Assembly (NCBI GenBank): GCA_963836075.1
Contig: CAWIIB010000009.1
Coordinates: forward strand, 224,001-288,000
DNA: 64,000 bases
Direction: 5' to 3'
Origin: an uncultured Acidobacteriota bacterium
GTDB lineage: Bacteria; Acidobacteriota; JAQAZP01
Shown here: in pieces, positions 42,508 through 52,036 of the stretch
Numbering within the stretch: the first letter of the stretch is position 1
How the letters are laid out: every line of letters begins with the position of its first letter
Translations under genes and position numbers: made by a program
The notes under the pieces: generated by a model
Told to the model about the DNA's origin: nothing
Databases searched by the model: none
The model's input: the letters and a program-made list of their open reading frames with translations, nothing else

Positions 42508-44199
42508 CTATGGCGCGTAAGCCTCCACCGTCGCCACGCTGCTGCAGGTGTCGCCGGCCGCCGGGTAGGGCGGCTGGTTGAACGGCGCCGGGGTCACGTC
42601 TTCGGCCACCAGGGTGAAGGTGTTGACCCCCACCAGCGTTACCAGGGCCGGCAGGCTCTGGAACCAGTTCCTGGTGAAGCTGTCTTCGGGCTGGATGTTG
42701 GTGTATCCGGCCCGCCACCCGGGGAATGTGTTCCCGTTGGCCAGCTCCACGTTGAGTTTCGCGGCCATCCGCCGGGTCTGATCGGTGTACAGATTGGTCA
42801 GGCTCACCGTCATACTGACGGTGAAGGGCAGGGTGCCGCTGGCCGGGTTGATCGTATAGTCACACCCCAGGGTGCCGCCGGCACAGAGCGTATCGCCGAG
42901 GGAGAGGTGCACCTCGTAGTTGTCGCTGGTGGTGCCGTTGAACTCGTTCCAGACCGCCACCCAGGTGCCGTCGGCCATGGTGGCCACGTCGGGCCGGTAG
43001 CCGTTCTCACCGTCGGGGAAGCTGATCAGTTCATCGGCGGTGGAACCGCTCCAGGTGGCGCCGCCGTCGGTGGACGTGGAGACCATGATCTCAGTGCTTC
43101 CCCCGCCGATGGGCTCCTCGTCCCAGACCACCGTGACGTTGCCGCACTGGTCGGCGGCGATCTTGGGGTAGAAGGCCGAGTTGTCGCCCGAGCCGGACTC
43201 GTAGCTGATCATCCGTTCGGTGGAGGCGCCGCTCCAGGTTACCCCGCCGTCGGTGGAGTGCGTGTGGTAGGCCTCGTAGTGGTAGGGGGACGCGGTCTCG
43301 TCCGAGGCGTACCAGACCAGGTGGATGTAGTCGTTGGAATCGATGCAGAGCCGCGGCAGGGACGCGATGTTGAACAGCGTGCTCACCGGGGTCTCGGCAC
43401 TGGTGCCGCTCCAGGTTACCCCGCCGTCGGTGGACTTCGTCACATACATCTGGCTGCCCACTCCGGTTCCCAGGTACTTCTTGTAGGAGACCCACAGGGT
43501 GCCGCTGGAATCGACGTCGATGTCGGCGTTGGCGTTGCTGAAACTGTCGCCAAGCCAGGAGATCACCTGGTCGCCGCCGGTGACCGCGCTCCAGGTGGCG
43601 CCGCCGTCGGTGGAGCGGGTGTAGTGGATCTTGGCCGTGGCAGTGGTGGCCTCGGTCTTGTTGTAGACCACGTGGATCGTGTCGTCGAGGTCGGCGATGA
43701 CCGCCGGGTAGTTGCTGGTGGCGTCCTGCAGCGGGTCGCTGATCACCACGTCGGCCGCGGTGCCGCTCCAGCTGGCCCCGCCGTCGGTGGAATAGCTGAG
43801 CATGATCTCGTTCATGCCCGAGGGCTCGGGCTCGTCCTCGCTCCAGACCACGAAGAGGTTGCCCGCGCTGTCGATGGCGATGTCGGAAGTGTCGAAAACG
43901 CCTTCACCGTCGTTGAAGCTGATCAGCGTGTCCGAACTGCTGCAGCTCCAGGTGGCGCCGCCGTCGGTGGAATAACCGTAGTGGATCTCGTCGTAAAAGG
44001 GGTCGTCCTCGGACCAGACCACGTGGATCACGCCGCTGCCGTCCACGGCCAGCCGGACGTAGCTGGCGTATTCGTTGTCGTCGAAGCTGATCTGCTGGTC
44101 GGCGACGGTGCCGGTCCAGGCGGCCTGGGCCGCCGGGGCGGAGACGAGGACGGCCAGGGTCACGGCCGCCAGGAGAGAGAGAAGACGGGTGGTGCGCAT
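42508..44199 (-). CDS. Secreted BNR/Asp-box (sialidase-like) beta-propeller protein with CTD-A
   Basis: Signal peptide, six STDGG.TWS Asp-boxes, C-terminal CTD-A; SD AAGGAG. Confidence 0.88.
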   Translation of the reverse strand: MRTTRLLSLLAAVTLAVLVSAPAAQAAWTGTVADQQISFDDNEYASYVRLAVDGSGVIHVVWSEDDPFYDEIHYGYSTDGGATWSCSSSDTLISFNDGEGVFDTSDIAIDSAGNLFVVWSEDEPEPSGMNEIMLSYSTDGGASWSGTAADVVISDPLQDATSNYPAVIADLDDTIHVVYNKTEATTATAKIHYTRSTDGGATWSAVTGGDQVISWLGDSFSNANADIDVDSSGTLWVSYKKYLGTGVGSQMYVTKSTDGGVTWSGTSAETPVSTLFNIASLPRLCIDSNDYIHLVWYASDETASPYHYEAYHTHSTDGGVTWSGASTERMISYESGSGDNSAFYPKIAADQCGNVTVVWDEEPIGGGSTEIMVSTSTDGGATWSGSTADELISFPDGENGYRPDVATMADGTWVAVWNEFNGTTSDNYEVHLSLGDTLCAGGTLGCDYTINPASGTLPFTVSMTVSLTNLYTDQTRRMAAKLNVELANGNTFPGWRAGYTNIQPEDSFTRNWFQSLPALVTLVGVNTFTLVAEDVTPAPFNQPPYPAAGDTCSSVATVEAYAP

Positions 44200-44405
44200 T
44201 GATGATCTCCTTATGCTGTTTCGTATCTGAAGGGTGTGAGAACAACCTGGTGCAGGTAATTCCTGTATAGATAAACATAGTTCCATCGGAGCAGGCCGTC
44301 AACGAAATATTCGCTTTTCAGACAACTATTCATTGCCTTTTCACCTCGATTCATGGACTATTTCCTTGTACGGTACAGATCAAACCTCAACAGGAGGTGC
44401 TCCCC

Positions 44406-46922
44406 ATGACAAATTCACCGAAATCGACGGTCAGGCCCCGGCTCCCCTTCCCGCTGCTTCTGGCCATGGCCGTGACGATCCTGTTGGCCCTGCCGGCGGC
44501 CGCCGGAACGACACCGGCGGCGAAACAGCTCACCGTCTTCGAAACCATCGACCAAATGGAAGCCAGCGGCGAGATCGAGTGGGACCGGGCGCTGCTCTAC
44601 CGCTGCCAGGCCTACAAGCAGCGGGACAAGCTGCCGCCGGAGCTGGCCGGACTCCCCTACCCCGAAACGTTCGTCTGCCCGCTGGAACTCTTCATCAGAG
44701 CTCGGAAGGAGATGGACCGCTGCAGCCCGGAGATCAGGACACAACTGATGGACCTCCGCTCCCGGCCCGACTCCATCGGATTCGTTCAGTCATCCATCGC
44801 CCCCCTGCGGGTCCACTACGAAACAACCGAACAGATCCCGCTGGCCGAGGAGTTTCTCGGTCATGCCGAGCAGTTTTACCGCTACTTCGTCGACGTGGCC
44901 GGTTTCTACGACACCCCACCCGACGACAACCGCGGCGGCAGCAACGACTACGACATCTACATCGACACTTACAGCTATGCCGGGATCTACCCCGAAGACG
45001 ACTGGGAGGACTCCTGGTGGTCGGACCTCCGTTCCTACACCTTCACCCAGCCCGACGGCCTCATAAACCTGATCTCCACCATCGGCCACGAGCTGAACCA
45101 CGCCCACCAGCTGGCGATGAACTGGGGCTCGGCCACCTGCTTCTTCGAGGCCACCGCCACGATCATGGAGGACTACGCCTACCCCGAGGGGGACTGGATC
45201 AACGACATGCTGCCCCCGTTTATCCAGGGCCGGCCCTACAAGCCCATCGACTGGCACGAGGGCGGGGGCCAGCCCTACCAGTACGCCGCCTTCATTTTTC
45301 CCAAGTTCCTCGTCGAGTATTACAACAACAACGAGATCCCCATGGTGGGCGAGATCTGGCAGGAAATGGTCCAGGAGGGGATATGGGGCGAGCCGGACCA
45401 TCTCGATGCCATCGAGACGGTGATCGCCAGGTACGGGCCGGAGACCTTCGACGAGATGTTCCGCATTTTCACTAACTGGCGCTGGTTCACCGGTGAGCAC
45501 AACGACGGCCAGCACTACGACGAAGCCGACGAATACGTCTCCATCACCCTGGAGGCCGATTACAGCGCCGGGGCTTTCCCGCTCAACGGCGCGGCGGTGG
45601 CCGAGCCGCCGGCCGAGTACGGCAGCAGCTTTGTGCGCTTCGAGGGCGGCGGGCCCGACACCTGCGCCCTGCACTTCGACGGCGATCCGGACAAGGCCTG
45701 GTCGGTGCAGCTGATGCTCTTCCCCGCCGGCGGCGGCGACCCGTCATACGAGATGCTGGAACTGGACGGGGAAGGATTCGGCAGTCATGTGATCAGCGGG
45801 TGGAACGCGATCGACAGCCTGGTGATGTCGACGATCAACCTCGGCGACGGCGACCACGACCCGGAGAGCTTCGACTGGGACCCGTCCCACTACCGCTATG
45901 CCGCGGTCAACGGCGGCCAGCAGGTGCCGAGCATCGTGGCCGGTCCCGGACCGGGGCCCGCCAATCCGGCGCTGGTCCGCGGTTTTCACTCGAACGGGCA
46001 GCCGAACCCCTACGGCGAGTTCACCGCCTACCCCGACCAGTTCTACGGCACCAACCTCGCCTGCGGCGACCCGGACGGCGACGGCGTTGACGAGATCCTC
46101 ACCGGCGGCGGGCCGGGACCGGACATACTTCCGGAGGTGAAACTCTTCGAAGCCAATGGCGAAGAGTTCCCCATCTTTGCTTTCAGCGCCTACGGCACCC
46201 CGGGCTACGGGGTCAACGTGGCCTTCGCCGACCTGGACGGTGACGGCCGGGACGAGATCCTCACCGGGCCGGCATCCACCTACGGCCCCCACGTGCGAGC
46301 CTTCCGCTACCTCGGCGGCGGCCGGGTGGAGGCGATCAACGGGACTTCGTTCATGGCCTACGGCACCCCCCGCTACGGGGTCAACGTGGCCGGGGGCGAT
46401 GTCACCGGTGACGGCCATACGGAGATCGTTACCGGCCCGGGGCCCGGGCCGGCCTACGGCCCACAGGTGCGGGTCTTCGACGGCCAGGGGAACCCGATCT
46501 TCAACAGCTTTTTCGCTTACGGCACCCTGCGCTGGGGGGTAAATGTCTGCTGCGGTGATATCGACGGCGACGGCATGGATGAGATCGTCACCGGCGCCGG
46601 GCCGGGCGCGGTCTTCGGCCCCCACGTCCGCGCCTGGGAATTCGACGGCTCGTCGTCGTTCGTCCCGATCCCGGCGGTGAGCTACTTCGCCTACGGCACC
46701 CTGCGCTATGGCGTGAATGTAACCTGCGGGGACATCGACGACGACGGCATGGACGAGATCGTCACCGGGCCCGGTCCCTCTGCGCTCTTCGGCGCGCACA
46801 TCCGCGGCTGGAACTACGACGGGGACGTGCTCACCCCCATCCCCGACTGCAGCTTCTTCGCCTTCTCCCCGGCCGCACTGCGTCACGGCGCCAAGGTGGC
46901 GGTGGGCCGGTTCCGGGAATAA
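44406..46922 (+). CDS. Secreted HExxH metalloprotease (MXAN_6640-like) with CTD-B
   Basis: Signal peptide, PPDDNRGGSNDYDIYI, GHELNHAHQ...FFEATATIMED, six-repeat GPHVR module; SD AGGAGG. Confidence 0.85.
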   Translation: MTNSPKSTVRPRLPFPLLLAMAVTILLALPAAAGTTPAAKQLTVFETIDQMEASGEIEWDRALLYRCQAYKQRDKLPPELAGLPYPETFVCPLELFIRARKEMDRCSPEIRTQLMDLRSRPDSIGFVQSSIAPLRVHYETTEQIPLAEEFLGHAEQFYRYFVDVAGFYDTPPDDNRGGSNDYDIYIDTYSYAGIYPEDDWEDSWWSDLRSYTFTQPDGLINLISTIGHELNHAHQLAMNWGSATCFFEATATIMEDYAYPEGDWINDMLPPFIQGRPYKPIDWHEGGGQPYQYAAFIFPKFLVEYYNNNEIPMVGEIWQEMVQEGIWGEPDHLDAIETVIARYGPETFDEMFRIFTNWRWFTGEHNDGQHYDEADEYVSITLEADYSAGAFPLNGAAVAEPPAEYGSSFVRFEGGGPDTCALHFDGDPDKAWSVQLMLFPAGGGDPSYEMLELDGEGFGSHVISGWNAIDSLVMSTINLGDGDHDPESFDWDPSHYRYAAVNGGQQVPSIVAGPGPGPANPALVRGFHSNGQPNPYGEFTAYPDQFYGTNLACGDPDGDGVDEILTGGGPGPDILPEVKLFEANGEEFPIFAFSAYGTPGYGVNVAFADLDGDGRDEILTGPASTYGPHVRAFRYLGGGRVEAINGTSFMAYGTPRYGVNVAGGDVTGDGHTEIVTGPGPGPAYGPQVRVFDGQGNPIFNSFFAYGTLRWGVNVCCGDIDGDGMDEIVTGAGPGAVFGPHVRAWEFDGSSSFVPIPAVSYFAYGTLRYGVNVTCGDIDDDGMDEIVTGPGPSALFGAHIRGWNYDGDVLTPIPDCSFFAFSPAALRHGAKVAVGRFRE

Positions 46923-47014
46923 AAACGCCGGGCGACAGGGCAAGACACCTGCCGCCCGGCTCACGCCTGCCCGCCACCCCCCAACAGGACACGGACAGGC
47001 TGGACAGGGTCGGA

Positions 47015-48071
47015 TCAGTCGCCGCCGGACCAGCTCTCAATGACGACGGGATTGGCAAAACTGCAGCCGAGCAGGCAGGTACTGATAGGCGGTGGCGGCC
47101 GCCGCGGCACACGCGGTGCCGAGAGGCGGGTTCCACACGGCGATCAGGGCGCAGATCGATGCGGCGTTGGCAAGCCAGTCATTGCAGCAGGACCGGCAGT
47201 TCTGGCCGGTCCAGGTTTCGTTCCAGCAGTCGTAGTAGTTGTCCCAACCCCATTCGTAACCGCCGCCCGACGGCTGGTTCGATTCCAGGGCCACGATTCC
47301 CAGCGAGAAGGATTCCATCTCGTTCCGCTCAGGCACCGGTGGCGCGGTATCGAAGACCCGCAGAATCGGGTAGTCGAACACAACGGCCAGATCCTGAAAG
47401 GTGAGCGCCCTGACCCAGGCGTTGTCGATCTCTGAAACCGGGGCGTAGGCCACCTGGCTCAGCAACTCCGCCGCATGGGGAGCGAACCGCGCACAGGTCT
47501 CCGAACGCATCCAGGCGAACTTGCGGGCAAAGCCGTATTCACGGTCTTCGCTGATCAGCAGCTGCTCGTCGAGCCAGGTGAAGAAGTGCATCATCCGGTC
47601 GGCGATTGTCTGCCCTGCCTTCTGCGAACCGAGGGGCACACCGTCGCGCCCATTGCCGTAGTAGCGCTGGTACTGCTCGAGGTAGCGCTGGAAGAAGTCG
47701 TCCACCTCCTCCCGCGACTGCAGGAAGTTGATGAAGCTGTATATCTCGCCGCCGGCATGGATGGTGACGTGGATTTCATCCTGCGCTTCGGTCCAGGCAT
47801 AGCTGGCCACAAGAAACTCGCTGTCACCGCTGTCCGTGGGAACCATCAGGTAGAAGCCGCGCAAGGTGTACGGGCCGCCCTGGCGGATGGCCCCGGCAAT
47901 GGTGGAGATCTGTTCGGTCTGATCAGGGTCGGCGAGAAGGTTCAGCTCGGTTTCATAGAGCAGCACCATGTCGGGGAGCACATCGTCGGCCAGTGCGGGC
48001 TGCACCGAGGCCGCCAGCAGCAGGGTGATGCAGAGCAGGGCCACGTTCTGTTTGAAGATGCGGATGTTCAT
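47015..48071 (-). CDS. Secreted protein with Cys-rich hydrophobic C-terminal peptide (bacteriocin-precursor-like); probable 1-nt frameshift near 47080
   Basis: Signal peptide; tail DCW...CRSCC...ICALIAVWNPPLGTACAAAAATAYQ. A one-base shift gives CLLGCSFANPVVIESWSGGD* (stop at 47015); uncorrected it stops at 47037. Confidence 0.7.
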
Positions 48072-48101
48072 TGTTCGACTCCTTTACATGTTGTTCGGCT
48101 A

Positions 48102-48542
48102 TCAGAGAGTTTCGTTTTGTCTCACATGTTGAAGCGCCGGCCGAGTTCGTCCCTGCCGGCAGCCGGCCAGGCCGCGGACCAGCGGCGGCAGCGCCGCAGC
48201 GATGAGGAAGGCGCCCACGATCCAGCGGCTGGTCTGAAGCATGAGCGCCGCGGCCCCGCCCACCATGGCGAAGAGCGAGAGGACGGCGGCAATACCGTTC
48301 AGACCGGCACGGGGCCCCAGCGTGTGCTGCCGGAGCCGGCAGAGCGGCCGGGCGGAAGCGAAGGAGAACAGAATGACCAGCATCAGCAACGACAGTTCCT
48401 GCCAGCTGATGAACCGCGCCGGCCAGCGGGCGGACGCCTCCGGCACCAGCACCAGGGCGATGTATGTCGCGGCCAGGAGCGGCACCATGAAAAAGAGATA
48501 GTTCGCCCAATACTGCAGCCGCATGTTCGTCTGTCCGTTCAC
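48102..48542 (-). CDS. Four-TM membrane protein (possible immunity partner)
   Basis: SD GGAGGAGG then GTG; four hydrophobic segments; 30 bp upstream of the Cys-rich gene. Confidence 0.7.
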   Translation of the reverse strand: MNGQTNMRLQYWANYLFFMVPLLAATYIALVLVPEASARWPARFISWQELSLLMLVILFSFASARPLCRLRQHTLGPRAGLNGIAAVLSLFAMVGGAAALMLQTSRWIVGAFLIAAALPPLVRGLAGCRQGRTRPALQHVRQNETL

Positions 48543-48680
48543 TTCTGTTCCTCCTCCACTGTTGGGGTTTTGAACTGCCGGGTATCCCCGGAATGGCTTC
48601 AGCAACCTTGAGGGCCGACCCTGTCCACCTCCTTTCCCCGGCCCGGAAGTTTACGATTTAGTATTTCCGTTATGTTTCTT

Positions 48681-48696
48681 TGCAGAGGTCGTGCCA
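48681..48696 (-). promoter_or_regulatory. Sigma54-type promoter
   Basis: Minus strand reads TGGCACG-ACCT-CTGCA, with correct GG/GC spacing. Confidence 0.55.
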
Positions 48697-48869
48697 GGTG
48701 TTGTGCGGTAAGTTGGAGACTGGGCCTGGAGGTCAGCGGGGATACGTAGAATAGCCGACAGGATGTATTGGAGGTGCAGGGATTCGACGTGCCATCATGC
48801 CGGGTGGATCACCAGGCACGGACGTTTCCGGTTTCCGGTCTGTCACTCGGAGTTTCCGCTCGGCAGGAT

Positions 48870-49162
48870 TCACGGCTCACCGACACCCATGGTCTTGATG
48901 AAGATACTGCGCAGGTCTTCAAGGATCGGGAATCGGACGCGAGGGTGTAGTGCCTCTGGTTGCCGATGCGATGGGAACTGAGCAGACCGGCCTTGGCTAA
49001 ATTGGAAAGTTCGCGGGAGACCGTGGCCGAATAGTCGTCGAGCAGTGTGGCCAGGCCGGCAATGTGGAAGGATTGACCAGGATGGGAGAGGAGACAGTGC
49101 AGGATCTTGATCCGCAGGCGTGAAGCAAACAGGCGGCTCAACGTCTCCGGCACTGCCACCAT
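48870..49162 (-). CDS. Stand-alone winged-helix (ArsR-like) regulator; frameshift near 48930
   Basis: LFASRLRIKIL...VSRELSNLAKAGLL...GNQRHY. The corrected tail PILEDLRSIFIKTMGVGEP* parallels the N-half of 52963..53568. Confidence 0.7.
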
Positions 49163-49183
49163 GGCCCCCTCCCTCGGCTAATA

Positions 49184-49229
49184 TAGCCTTATTAGCTATG
49201 ATCGTAGCCTTTTAAGCTACATCCGTCAA
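49184..49229 (-). promoter_or_regulatory. Promoter with tandem operator-like palindromes
   Basis: TTGACG-17-TACGAT on the minus strand, overlapped by TAGCCTTATTAGCTA (49184) and TAGCCTTTTAAGCTA (49205). Confidence 0.6.
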
Positions 49230-49321
49230 GAGGGGGCTGGGGAGTGTGAGTGGCAAGAGGTACGAGGGTACGGGGACCGAGGGAAGGGGCGCCCGGCGAA
49301 TAAACCGGACGCCCCTCCTGG

Positions 49322-49996
49322 TTAGCGATAGGATTCGAGGAAGAGCGCGTTACGAGCAGGAGCGAAGGTCACCCGCCGCTGACGCAGCAGCTCGCCGCCG
49401 ACGAGGATGTCGGCGCCCATGGCCTGGAGGCCCAGGCCGAGCATCCCCGGCATGCCACCGAACTCGAGGTCCACCTGCTCACCGCCGATGTCAGCGGCCA
49501 GCCGGTGCACCGGCGTGTGGAACTCTCCCACAACCGGGTGGTAGTCGTCCCACTCCCCCACTTGGGGGCCGGTGGCCAGCAGCTCGCCGCCGATGTAACT
49601 GAGGGTGGAGCCGGTGTCCACGTATGCCCGCAGGCGCTTCCCGTCCACCTGCACCGGGACAAAGGGTGCGCCCTGGTAGAAGGCGGGGAGCAGCTCCACC
49701 GCCGAGCCCGCTGGTTGGGTGTCGCCCTCGTCAAAGGTGACCGTCATCCGCTGCGCGTCCACCGTGGTGGTGAACTGGTTGATGAAGTCGAGGCCCACCA
49801 GGCCGGCGGCCCAGGCGGGGAGAAAACGCTCGCCCACCATGGAGAGCAGGATGGCTGATGATCTCGCAGTTCGGTTGCAGAGCCGGACATCGGTGCCGAT
49901 GGTTGCCGGCGATCCGGTGTCCATGATGATGTTCCGGCCCTCGATGTCGCAGACCACGATTCCGTCCTTCCAGTGAAAGGGAATAGTCCATTTCAT
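49322..49996 (-). CDS. Twin-domain retropepsin-like aspartyl protease
   Basis: IIMDTGS...GLVGLDF and AYVDTGS...ILVGGEL; SD GGAGGT; no signal peptide. Confidence 0.85.
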   Translation of the reverse strand: MKWTIPFHWKDGIVVCDIEGRNIIMDTGSPATIGTDVRLCNRTARSSAILLSMVGERFLPAWAAGLVGLDFINQFTTTVDAQRMTVTFDEGDTQPAGSAVELLPAFYQGAPFVPVQVDGKRLRAYVDTGSTLSYIGGELLATGPQVGEWDDYHPVVGEFHTPVHRLAADIGGEQVDLEFGGMPGMLGLGLQAMGADILVGGELLRQRRVTFAPARNALFLESYR

Positions 49997-50159
49997 ATTG
50001 CACCTCCGATTCTGTTCAATGAATGCTGATTGCCAATGGCGGAGCGGGTTGCCGCCGACCCCGGAACAGCCTCTCGCGCGATCGCGAGGCTGGCGGCGTC
50101 CTGTCCGCTGACATGACCCACTGACGGCTCTGCCAGGCAAGTTTGTGACAGGACGAAAT

Positions 50160-50420
50160 CAAATCACAACTTGTCAAGTTTGATCAAATTACCTGATGAC
50201 AACATGTTAACCAAGAAGCGTGAATCGGATACAATTAAACTGGATGTTGACATGGATGCCAACAACTTATATAAACATTAAAACCATTATTCTATAATGG
50301 TGTATTTTAACAATTCTAAACAATAAGTTGACAATCGCAGTGTATACTGCCTGCATAATTATCAAAATTGACTCATCAGGGGATCTACTTGACATTGGTG
50401 AGATTCGTCGGTATATTCAT
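50160..50420. promoter_or_regulatory. AT-rich divergent promoter region
   Basis: TTGACA-17-TATAAA (50247-50275), TTGACA-20-CATAAT (50328-50359), TTGACA-17-TATATT (50389-50417); dyad ACCATTAT-TCT-ATAATGGT (50283-50301). Confidence 0.65.
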
Positions 50421-50543
50421 ACACAGATCCGGATGGAAGAAACTGGCCGATCGGTTCGAGAAATCGGCCATGCACATGTGACGCAGGTAGCCAACGTCAG
50501 CCCTGAAGGCGACACGACGGCAGGCGGCAAAGGAGAATGAACG

Positions 50544-51313
50544 ATGGTCATCCTCAGAGAATTTGACGGGGAGCAGCCCGAAGGCTATACATTGCCGAGT
50601 TGGTTGAAGATTACGGGATTCACGGAGAGGCAGATCGCCATTACATCTCGCAGGGGATCGTAGACGGCGCCACTGGCATGGGGCGCAATGCGCGCTACGG
50701 GGAAAAGACCCTGCGCAGACTGAGGCTGATCCGCAAACTGAAGGACCAGAACGTGGAGCCCCTGGGCCGCCCGCTGACCCTGAGGGAGATGAAGAAGCAC
50801 TCTCGACTCGCTCGAAAGAGCCGCAGATCGACTATCTCCTCTCCGGGACGGCCCTGTTCAAACTGATCGACACTGAGGATGGGGATCGAATGCCAGCCCC
50901 GCTGAACGCTCATGATGAGTCGGACGCTCTCGACAATGAATTTGCAGAATATGAAGAAATGCGGTTGCGCCGGAAAGAACCCGGTCTTAATAGTTGTCAA
51001 CCCGAGCGCATCGGCAATCCATCACCGGTTCACGAACGAATCCACGCGTGAAATAAATACTGGATTCACGAGCTTGGTGACTTCGGCAAGCTCCTTCGGC
51101 GGCTGCATGAGATGCTGCAGGAGCTGCGCTGGCGGATGACGCACCCGCGCGATCCCCCCGGAGGGTGACACCTGGGTGCGGGTGAAGTCACCCGACGTCG
51201 AGGTGCACGTCAAGGCACCGCGAACCGCCACCGAAAGGGCGCGCATCCGAACCATTCAGCGCGCCGTGGAAATGCTGATCGAACAGACCCCTGGGCCGTA
51301 TAACCGGTATTGA
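50544..51313 (+). pseudogene. MerR-family HTH regulator interrupted by several frameshifts (error or decay)
   Basis: SD AGGAG + ATG. Pieces ITGFTERQI / HYISQGIVDGATGMGRNARYGEKTLRRLRLIRKLK and C-terminal DTWVRVKSPDVEVHVKAP...* (51313) lie in different frames. Confidence 0.65.
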
Positions 51314-51358
51314 AAGACACGGAACCGACGGCCGCATGTTGAAACGAATAGAGGGGAG

Positions 51359-51985
51359 GTGATTCAAACGAGCGACAATACAAACGACAGAACTCTAATT
51401 CAGAATGTGATTGACCGCGTTGAGGGGGCCAGCGATCTCTTTGTTGAAAAGTTCTCAAAATTCGTTTACTCCATCCTGCACAGGAACCTTGGTATAAAGC
51501 CTGACGTGGCGGACGATCTGCACAACCTGGTCTTCCTTAAGCTGTTCGAAGATGATTGCCGGCGGCTGCGCAACTGGAGAAGAGAAGGGAACTTTGTCAA
51601 CTACTTGGGTACCGTAACGAGAAATCTGGCCAACGACCACTTTTCCAAACTGAAGGTGTGGAGCGAAGTGTCCTTCGAGCGGCGTGATGACGAGGACGAC
51701 ACCGCCTGGGTTATGGACCCGGTGAGCACGGATCCCAGCCCGGAGGAAGTGGCAGCGGCAGCCGAGCAGCGCCGTCTGCTCTACCAGGCGATGGACAAAC
51801 TCTCGAAACGGGACCAGGAAATCATCCGCCTGCGTCATCTCGAGGAGAAGTCCTACAAGCAGATTGCTGAAGAGATGGGTTACACGATAGGCTCGGTTGG
51901 CAGTATAATTTCACGGGTGGAGAAGCGACTGAAGAAAATTCTGGACGAGCTCCTCAGGGATGATGGTCTGGCGCCGGCAATTTAG
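51359..51985 (+). CDS. ECF-type RNA polymerase sigma factor
   Basis: ADDLHNLVFLKL, F..YLGTVTRNLANDH and LSKRDQEIIRLRHLEEKSYKQIAEEMG...VGSIISR. Confidence 0.92.
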   Translation: MIQTSDNTNDRTLIQNVIDRVEGASDLFVEKFSKFVYSILHRNLGIKPDVADDLHNLVFLKLFEDDCRRLRNWRREGNFVNYLGTVTRNLANDHFSKLKVWSEVSFERRDDEDDTAWVMDPVSTDPSPEEVAAAAEQRRLLYQAMDKLSKRDQEIIRLRHLEEKSYKQIAEEMGYTIGSVGSIISRVEKRLKKILDELLRDDGLAPAI

Positions 51986-52036
51986 CCATCACCCTGTCAG
52001 AATCATCGCCCCCTGCGCGTCCTGTAACCGAGAACC

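Noticed and set aside
9844-46964. Long antisense or overlapping ORFs (e.g. 9844..10950, 16350..17573, 19642..21498, 23190..24587, 38947..40632, 42502..44202, 45744..46964)
   Set aside because: These are shadow frames of GC-rich genes, with no recognisable motifs.
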